This document shows positions 49,801-59,001 of a DNA stretch of 64,000 nucleotides, piece by piece (position 1 is the first letter of the stretch; each line of letters starts with the position of its first letter). This stretch comes from Takakia lepidozioides. Its lineage: Eukaryota; Plantae; Bryophyta. The stretch is from positions 40,858,001 through 40,922,000 of the forward strand of contig CM060731.1 in assembly GCA_030704615.1 (NCBI GenBank). Direction: 5' to 3'. Under the pieces are notes generated by a model, which saw nothing but the letters and a program-made list of their open reading frames with translations, was not told the origin of the DNA and made no database searches. The translations under genes and the position numbers were made by a program.

Positions 49801-50871
49801 TTTACCAAGCATGGGTGGTCAAATCCTCCATGGGTCGTGCCATAACGTTAAGGCCAATGTGGTGAGGGCACCTTCTTCTTCAACCTATTTCAGCATGTTT
49901 TGCCCTCTCATCAGACTCGGCCCTGAGATGCGACGTGGTGAGGGCACCTTGATGTGGTGAGCAAATGATGCGCGAAGGGGTGAAGCCCAACCACATTACG
50001 TTCATTTGTGTTTGCAATGCGTGTGCAAGCCTGGGAGCCCTGGAAAAGGGGAAAGAGGTCCATGATGACATCGTCAAAGCTGGAATTGTACCAGATGTCA
50101 TTGTGAACACTACCCTGGTGGACATGTATGCCAAATGTCGGTGCATTAAAGATGCGAAGGGAGTTTTCAACACTATGGCTGAACGAGATGTGGTGTCATG
50201 GAACACGATTCTTGCAAGGGTATGCACAGCAGGGACGTGGTAGGGAGGCTTAGAGACTTGTGATCAAATGATGGGGGAAGGGGTGAAGCCCGACCACATC
50301 GCGTTTCTATGCATTTGCAATGCGTGTGCAAGCCTGGCAGCTCTGGAAAATGGCAAAGAGGTCCATGGCGACATGGTCAGAGCTGCAGTTGTACCAAATG
50401 TCATTATGAACAATACCCTTGTGGACATTTATGAAGGGAGTGTTCAACAGTAGGGTTGAATGAGATGTGGTGTCGTGGAGTGCAATGATTGTAGGATATG
50501 CACAGCAAGGGCGCGGGATGGAGGCTTTGGAGACCTATGAGCAAATGATGTGCGGAGGGGGTGAAGCCCAACCACATGATGTTTGTTTGCATTTGCAATG
50601 CGTGTGCAAGCCTGGCAGCCCTGGAAAAGTGCCAAGAGGTCCATGGTGACATTATCAAATTTGGAATTGTACCCGATGTCATTCTGAACACTGCCCTGGT
50701 GGACATGTATGTCAAATGTGGGTGCATCGAGGATGCAAATGGAGTGTTTGACAGTATGGCTAAACGTGATGTGGTGTCGTCGAGTGTGATGATTGCAAGA
50801 TATGCATAGCAAGGGTGCGGGATGGAGGCTTTGGAGACCTATGAGCAAATGATGGGCGAAGGGATGAAAAC

Positions 50872-52062
50872 CAGTGTTGGGAGGGTATATTGATTTTTTC
50901 TACCCTCAGGGTAAGGGTATACATGATTTTGGGGGTCAAACTTATCCTTAGGGTAAGGGTATAATCTATTTTTTGAAAACATTTACCCTCCGGGTAAGGG
51001 TATATATAAATTTTTGGTAAACATTTACCCTCAAGGTAAGGGTATTGGGTGCCACATATACCATGAGGGTAAGGGTAATTGCAGGATAATGGTACCATTT
51101 TTATATCCTCAGGATATCCTAGGGTAATTATAAAGGGTAAATTAATTTTTTAAACTTAATTTGTGAATTTTATTAAATACTTAGAATAAAGCTTCTTCTT
51201 TTTTTTATAAAAGGGACAGAGGCCCTACAAAAACTTTATTGGAGTGGCAAAATGAGAACAGAGAGGAGGAAAAAATAACCTCCTAAGGGACCGTAAAGGC
51301 GTATCACATGGGGAACACCCAGCACTGGTAGGAAGTTGGGAGGGGGAAGCAGGAGTTAACTAAGAACCAAAACCTCGGTGGGGGGTGGGAATTGCCAGAG
51401 GGCCAAACCAAGACGAAGCATTTCAACTATATAACATCCCCGTTATATAGAATTTAACGGGATATGCCTTTTATTTATTTTTTTGTTTATTTTTTATGTG
51501 GCTTACGAATAGCAAAATTTTAGCCCTCATTTATGCTCCTCTAATGGCCCTAAAATATAATAACAAAACAACACATTTGATCATAATGAGGTCGCTTTGC
51601 ACCATAGATAAGAGAATGGCGGGTACCGAGGAAAGAGAGAGCGGCAGTGGCGGGGACCGCCACTAGCACACGCTTTTTCCAAGGAGAGAGTGGCAAGGAC
51701 CGGTCTTGGAGCACAAGCTGCGAAGAGGAAGACCAACGAAGGGGGAAAAAAAAATAAAAAAATGCTAGTGTTTGCCCTCTCTACTAGCAAATACCACACC
51801 TAAACCTAAACCCCTAGTAATCAAATTATTATACCCTTCCCTATTACCCGGCCATTGAACAGATTTACCCTCAGGGTAAGGGTATCCTTCGAAATTTCAA
51901 ACCCCAGGGTATAATCCATTAAGGGTATAACAAAAATAATTACCCCTGACAAGGGTAGGGTAAGGGTATTTTGGAATTTCCAGGGTAGGGTATATCCATA
52001 TACCCTTATTGGGTTTTACCCTCAGGGTATAATGGTAGAAAAAAGGTATCCTCCCAACACTG
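50872..52062. mobile_element. hAT-type MITE (1191 bp) interrupting a PPR motif
   Basis: TIRs CAGTGTTGGGAGG / CCTCCCAACACTG; 8-bp TSD ATGAAAAC (50864-50871) / GTGAAAAC (52063-52070); subterminal AGGGTAAGGGTA/TACCCT repeats. It splits the GVK(T/P)NHITF motif. Confidence 0.9.
51193..51419 (-). mobile_element. Possible 5'-truncated LINE or retroposed 3' fragment nested in the MITE
   Basis: GC-richer island in an AT-rich MITE; the minus strand ends with AATAAA followed by an A-rich tail (plus-strand T-run 51199-51206). Confidence 0.4.
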
Positions 52063-54789
52063 GTGAAAACCAACCACATCACATTTGTTTGTGTTTGCAA
52101 TGCGTGTGCAAGCCTGGGAGCTCTGGAAAAGGGGAAAGAGGTCCACGGTGACAACGTCAAAGCTGGAATTGTACCAGATGTCATCCTAAACACTGCCATG
52201 GTGTATGCCAAATGTGGGTGCATTAAGGATGTGAAAGGAGTTAATTCAACACTGGCTGAACGAGATGTGGTGTCGTTAACGCAATGCTTGCAGGGGTATG
52301 CACAGCAGGGGCGTGGATAGAGGCTTTGGAGACCTATGAGCAAATGATGGGGGAAGGGGTGAAGCCCAACCACATCACGTTTGTGTGCGTTTGCAGTGCG
52401 TGTGCAAGCCTGGCAGCCCTGGAAAAGGGCAAAGAGGTGCATGGTTGCATCGCCAAAGCTGGAATTGTACCAGATGTGATTATGAACAATACCCTCGTGG
52501 ACATGTATGCCAGCCACCACAGTGAGAAGCTGGCCATTGGTTTTGGGCTGATCAGCACGACTCATCAAGAATCTTCGAGTGTGTTGAGACTGCCACATCT
52601 CCACCAAATTCAAAGATTGTTGGCCGAGCAATTGTTGTATGGGACGCTAACTACTTTCCACCACTTTGAAGATGGGATTTGTTCTTGTGGTGATTACTGG
52701 TGAAAAGATGTTTTCTTGGAAAGATGCTGATGTCTTGCTTCATTCATTGATCTGTGTAGCTATTAAGACCATCCACCATTTCCTGAGAGTACTGACCATC
52801 ATGTACTATTGAATGCAAGATGCAAGTGTCTCGCTTCATTCATTGATCTGTGTAGCTACTCAGACCATCCACCATTTCCTGATAGTGGGGTCTACCCGGC
52901 ATAGGTGGGAAGTCAGCCCACAATTGCACTTGAGTGAAGGGGTGATTTTTGACTGATTCTGGTGTCAAGTTATTTTACCACTAGTGTGAAACTAGCTAGG
53001 AAATAGCTAGCTTTTACATATTAACATTTGGGATTGGCCCAAATGTCAATCCAGGGGTCAAGGCAAATTTAGGCCCTGGAGTGGTTATCTTCACGGCACT
53101 CATCTTTCTCGAGTTGAGCCTCACCGCGCCTAGCTATGGCGCCGTAGTGTGGATTCCCCATGGCGTGGGGTGCACTTGGCTTGACTTGTATTTGAGTGAT
53201 GAGTTTATATATGCATGAGTTTATGCTGCAGCTTTGTGAGCTCGCATGAGCTTGTGCTTGTATTCTTCTTCTTTATCACTCGAGAAAGATGAGCTCGTAT
53301 CTGTGAGTGCCGGATACGAGTTAGTTATAGCACTTGTGCTTGAGGATGAGAGAAACCAGGTTGTTATGGAAGGAGCACCCTTGGTTGTTAGAAGCGGAGA
53401 CGATGTTGGTTACGAGGTGGTAGACCTTGGCATTCGATCTTCAGCTTCAGAGATTAAAGCACCATGCTGCAGGTAATTCCAGAGCACCTTGATGGTTTCA
53501 GATTGTGTACATGCATGAGCAAGCACGATTGAGAAGAGGACCAGTCAAGAGCAGGTTATAGTGGCTTTGGTGGCAAAACTGAGAACTGGACTTGGGAATG
53601 CGAGCTTTCATTGTGTGAAGGATTGCAAGACCAAACAAAAGGGCTGATTGGCTTGGGGCAAATCAGTGTACTTTGTGGAGTATGTTGAGATTGGGTTTCA
53701 ATCTCGAGCTTCAGCATTGATAGGGCTCTTGTCATGGCAAGAGCAGGGCTGGAACAAGAGCTAAGAGGTGCGGCAAGGCCATGGAATGTGCACCTAGGGT
53801 TTCAGAGCTTGGAAGAAGAGCTCTTGCACCACAAGAGGAGTGTCTTGTGGCTAGAAATGTAAGCCTTAGGGTTTCAGGAGCTTGGCAAAGGTTGTGGAGT
53901 GCTTAGTCTTGTCTTAGAGAGCATCAAGGAACCAAGGAGCCAAGATAGGGGGCTGATACCTCTTGTGTGAAGAGGTTGCATGTGTGGAGCATGTATTCAG
54001 CTCATTGAAGCTTCCATCTTCAAGCTTGGAGGGCAAGCAAGGAAGAGGGAAGGGCTGACTTCCCTTATGTGAGGGCAATGCATGTGTGGAGCATGCTTTT
54101 AGCCTGTTGAAGGCTTGTACTTTCAGGTTTGGTAGTGCAAGAAAGGAAGGAAGGGGCTGGTTTCCCTGTAGGGCATGTGTGGAGCAAGCTTCCAGCCCAC
54201 TGAAGCTTGTATTTTGAGGTTGGTGGGTGCAAGAAAGGAAGCAAAGGGGCTGATTCTCTTGTGGTGAGAGTGGGGCATGTGTGGAGCATGCCTTCAGTCC
54301 ATTGGGCTTTTGTTTTCAAGCTTTAGAGAGCTAGAATGGAAGGGCTAGGGCTGGTTCCCACTTGGGTGAAAGAAAAGCACTTGTAGGGCATATGTGAGGT
54401 GGGGTTTCAACCTCAAGCCTAGATAGAGCATGGCTCTTGAAGTGGCAGGTGTAGGGGGCTGGAATAGGCTCGAAGACAGATGCTATGGCCAAGGAAAACG
54501 CTTGAATGAGTGCTCACAACGACTGGAAACCAGCAAGGCTTGGTTGTTTGCCATTGAGTTTAGTGGCGTGTTTGGGGAGTCTAAGTGAGAAAGAAGGCTT
54601 GGTTTGTGGCAACCATCTTCCTCATGGCTTAGGGCTACTATTGGTGGTGTGTGGGAGCCGAAAGAGCAAGAATACCTTGCTGATTTCTTAGCTCGGTGCA
54701 AAGAAGCCTAGAGTCCAAGAGACACAAACCCTAGCTTGGCGTGGCTAAACCCTTGGAGAAATGGCTAAACTGCCATGAGTGGCCATGGA

Positions 54790-55330
54790 TGGGGTTGTGA
54801 CGGGCTGTGACGGGCTGTGGCATGTAGGGCCGTGATCCTGTGACCTGTGATGGGCTGTGATAGGTGGCCTATGGGGCTGTGACAGGTTGTGCCCTGTGGC
54901 CTGTGGGGCTGTGAGGGGCTGTGACAGGCTGTGGCCTTTGGGGCTGTGACCCCTGTGACCTGTGTAGGGCTGTGAGGGGCTGTGACAGGTTGTGCCTGTG
55001 GCCTTTGGGGTTGTGATGGGCTATGACAGGCTGTGACCTATGGCCTTGGGGGCTGTGACAGGCTGTGCCTGTGGCCTTTGGGGCTGTGATGGGCTGTGAC
55101 AGGCTGTGACCTGTGGCCTGTGGGGCTGTGACATGCTGTGCCTATGGCCTTCGGGGCCATGAGGGGCTGTGATAGGCTGTGCCATGTGGCCTTTGGGGTA
55201 GTGACGGGCTGTGACCTATGGCCTTGGGGGCTGTGACTGACTGTGATGGGCTGTGAGGGGCTGTGACCTGTGGCCTGTGTGGGGTTGTGATGGCTGTGAC
55301 CAGTGATCTGTGTGGGCCTGTGCTGGTCTG
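54790..55330. repeat. GGGCTGTGA/GTGGCC minisatellite inside the putative LTR
   Basis: Dozens of GGCTGTGA, GGCTGTGAC and TGTGGCCT units. Confidence 0.92.
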
Positions 55331-56037
55331 TGGTGGCCCGTGTTGACATGTGGACGGCCTATGCTAACTCGTGGAGGCACTGGTGGACTGTTGAGGACTG
55401 GCATGTGGTCTTGAAGGCCGAATTTTGACGCTCGTGGAGGGCGGTTTGAGGAGTATCTTCATGATATTCCCATGGTCATGCAAGTGAGGGAAGAGAGGAG
55501 ATGAAGAGTGTTGGGAAGAGGGCATGCTGGGGTTAGGCATTGCTTTAGCTTCTCTTCCTCGTAGTTTTCCACCCTCTCATTAGGCCAAGACCTTTCTGTA
55601 GGTGGAGGCAAGAGTCAGTCCGGGTTTGGGCTGGGGTGTCATTGCAGGAGCAACACCGTGGAGTTGTTTTTGGTGTGGGGGAGTTGCCGTTCTGATTTCT
55701 TGTGTTTAGATCCCCTCCATACGTGCATGCTTGACTGTGTGTCATGTTAGTTTTGTGTGGGCTCTTGTTTTTATAGGTGATTGGTCCGGATTTGATCACC
55801 GGCCAGTCCTAGAGCATGTTGTCGATGATGAGGCTGGGGTGATGACCAGTCAGACCATCATTGTTTCTCCTGTGGTGAGGTTGGAGGTGATGACCAGCCA
55901 ACCATAGGAGTGCTTGTGGTGGATGCAAGTGCAGGTGTAGGCTATGTTAAGAACCTAGTATTCCAAACCATAAGCCGCAACAGGTTTTCTACCCGGTTAC
56001 CTTGTGGAGAGGGGGTTAGGGACATGTTCACGACCGG

Positions 56038-57738
56038 TTGAGTGAAGTCAACACGGAGGTGCCACTAGTTGGTGGGGACAGTGCCAGTTCGAGCACTAGC
56101 GATACTAGTGGGTACACGAGACGAGGTGTGCAGTTTAGGCCACCTTCACCTCATGTGTTTTCTACGGAAGGTTCTGATTCGGATTGTGAATCAGGAGGAC
56201 TCACACCGGCGGTGCAAGTTGTTTCATTGCCATTGTTGTGGGACACAATGGTGGAGATGTATGGAGCTACCAAGGGGCCACAAAGGTACTCTGGGGCGGT
56301 GGGCACCATCGAGTTGGATGATTTTATCCAAGAGTTTGATAGTTGGTGTGATTTGCAGCAAATGCGCAATCCACAACTATTTACGCCTTTCATGGCATGG
56401 AAGGGGCTGTTTCAGCACCTTGAGGGGCCGCCTATGGATGATTACCATGAGTTCAGGTGGGGGCATGAGGTTGAGATCGAGGAGTAGAGGATGTACTGGT
56501 CACCCGACTATGTCTCCATCACTAAGGGCACTAGAGCCACGAGGGCAGTGGCTACACCTGCCGCTGCACCGGCAGCTTCAGCAAGCAGCAGTGGGACTAG
56601 TGGGACTTGTGGTACCGTAGCTACGGCGTCCACCCAAGCCACTACCGCACCAACACCAATACATGTGCTTGCCTTTAATCCTGTTGTGGAGTTCTTCGAA
56701 GAGTTGAGAGGGAACTACTAAGGGGTGAGGACAGAGAAGTTGCGGAGCTTGCAAGAGTTCCAACGGAAGCCTACTGAGAGCTTGAGGGAGGCTTTCACTC
56801 GCATGAGGCGCTTGATAAATGTAACCCAAGGGGTTACGGAAGCTCAGGCAGTCCAATTCTGGTATGGGATATTGGACAAGGAGCTGAGGAGAAGGGTGCA
56901 GGATGCAACTCTCCTACAAGCGGCCCAACCTACCTTAGCAAATGTGTTTTTGCTGGCAGAGCGGATAGAGCTCAACATGGTGGAGGAACGAGTGGTCATG
57001 GTGGGATTTGCTAAGGAGATACCACGGGGTAGTGGTGCTCCTAGCCAACCACTACCTCAACGTGCTCAAGGCAACAAAGGGGCCTAGGTGAAGCCCAGGG
57101 AAGGACAGGGAGGACCTCAGATGCAGGGGTCTCTCCCTTCATTTGCAGGCCAACAACGGGCAGAGGTGGTGTGTTGGACATGTGGAGGACCCCATGTCAA
57201 GAAGGATTGCCCAGAGGGAGGCAAAGGGCCGGCACATGCACAACCTACACAATTGCAATGTGGGCATTGTGGCAAGTACGGGCATGAAGAAGCCCAGTGC
57301 TATGGTTTGCATCCTGAGTTGCGCCCAGGCCAGTTCCAAGAGAACAATGGTGGCCGGGGGCGAGGTGGAGCAGCCCAGAGAGGACGAGGTGGCCAAGCAC
57401 GAGGTGCAGGCCAAGGGCAAGCTCATCATGGCCAAGGACGCGGAGGTCAGGGTGGTGACCAAGGCATGGCCAACCGGCTTCAGCAGCTAGAGTAGAGGCT
57501 CGCTGCCATGGCTACAGCTCAGGTGGTACCGGCTCCAAGGCCGGATGGTCCACCTCCTGCTCATGAGGGAGGAGATATAAGAGGCATAGGATTCATGTGC
57601 GGAGCAGCACTACCACTAGTGCAGGTGGAGTCTGCTGCAGCAGTGACTCGAGGAGCAGCATGAGTTCCTGAGCCACGAGGTGCAGAGGTGGAGTTGGATC
57701 CACAGCGTGGGGAGGCAAACCGTCAGGCTAGGCTTAAG
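56038..57738 (+). pseudogene. gag: Retrotransposon gag with two CCHC-type zinc knuckles and in-frame stops
   Basis: A single frame with stops at 56485, 56719, 57085, 57493 and 57661. It has the retrotransposon gag MHR-like segment LQEFQRKPTESLREAFTRMRRL..QFWYGILDKELR, knuckles CWTCGGPHVKKDC and CGHCGKYGHEEAQC, and an RG-rich tail. Confidence 0.88.
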
Positions 57739-59001
57739 CCCAACAGATAAGCGTTTTTATGACTTCACATATGACTATTTTTTCAGTCTTATATGCGTTC
57801 ATGACTACATCACTCTGTAGTGAAAAAAGCCCTGTCATAGCGACTAGTCTTTAGGACTGCATTTTGCAAGTCATATCCATGACTGCTTGCGTGACACCTG
57901 GAGACCTGCTGCAGAGAGGGTTGCAGTCACAACTATATGACTAATATATGACTACATTGTCTGTTGAGCGCTGCCTACATGGAGAGGCTTCAGCGGGACA
58001 CGTGCGCCACTGCGCAAGCGACACGTCATGCATTCGTCAGGGGATCATATGACTATATGTCTGCAAAGTGATGCCTACATGGAGAGGCGACGGATGGACA
58101 CGTGCGCCACTGCGAATTTGACATGTCACGACTTCTTGCCATGATCATATGACTACATGTCTGCACAGTGATGCCTACATGGAGAGGCGCTAGCGAGACA
58201 TGTGTGTTATGGCAGATTTCACACGTGGTGACTACATGACTCGCTCATATGACTACAGGGATGTCTACATGGAGAGGCGCTAGCGAGACACGTGTGCTAT
58301 GGCAGATTTCACACGTGGTGACTACATGACTCGCTCATATGACTACAAGGATGTCTACATGGAGAGTTGTTAGCGGGATACCTGTTGCACTTGAGATGTG
58401 ACATGTGGCACACAGACAAAATATATGACTAACATATATGACTACGGATCTTTACACGTGGTGAAAATATGGATAAAGAATGTCGTGTCATATACTGCCA
58501 CGTGTTCTGGTTTGAGCAAGAGTGACGCCACGTGTCATCAAGATTGTTTTCCGAAATAGTTTATATTTTTAATGTTCATATTTTATTTTTTAGTTTTCAT
58601 TTAATATTTAAAAGAACAGGGAGATTGCAGCCTTGGATTTTTTTTTAATGGTATTATTTTTAATATTATTATTTAAAATGAAAGTGAATTAAATGATTTA
58701 AAATCTTCATTACATGGTGAAATTCCAACATGAAAACAGAATGGATCCCTCCTGCATACTATCAACCACAAGGAGAATGAAAATAGTCAACTACAGGGCA
58801 ATACAAGCCCTATAAATCACATTACAAAAATCCAAATGAGACCAATATCCCAATGACACCTCAAAAGCCACAAGGTCAAAAAATCCATGCCTCAAAAGGC
58901 CCAGCCAAAAACAAGCAAGCCCACACATGGGCTGAATTGTTGTAGCTAGTATGTTCTAGTGCTATTAGAATCAAGAACTCTGTTAAACAGTGCAATACTG
59001 A

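Larger units (their letters stand above)
47480..52703 (+). pseudogene. Fragmented and duplicated PLS-class PPR-DYW (RNA-editing factor) pseudogene
   Basis: Repeated PPR motifs (GVKPNHITFVCVCNACASLGALEKGKEVH, DVIVNTTLVDMYAKC, RDVVSWN). The C-terminus reads HHSEKLAIGFGLIST ... KNLRVC*DCH ... FHHFEDGICSCGDYW*. There are many stops and frameshifts, a triplicated 5' segment (about 47578, 47851, 48159) and a MITE insertion. Confidence 0.92.
52885..57738 (+). mobile_element. Decayed LTR retrotransposon (probably Ty3/gypsy): putative long 5' LTR (about 52885-55982) plus gag, truncated by a CACTA insertion
   Basis: About 3 kb of non-coding sequence with a minisatellite ends ...CCGCAACA (55982), followed by a gag frame with zinc knuckles. 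No pol is present in the window, and the left boundary is approximate. Confidence 0.7.

Noticed and set aside
52723-52885. About 65-bp direct repeat next to the retrotransposon, as a possible LTR or TSD
   Set aside because: It lies in the PPR 3' region, is too long for a TSD and lacks TG..CA, PBS and PPT features; it is a simple local duplication.
54790-55330. CRISPR-like array or repeat-protein ORF
   Set aside because: Degenerate 9-10 bp tandem units without unique spacers, in a eukaryotic LTR context; the ORFs over it are repeat artefacts.
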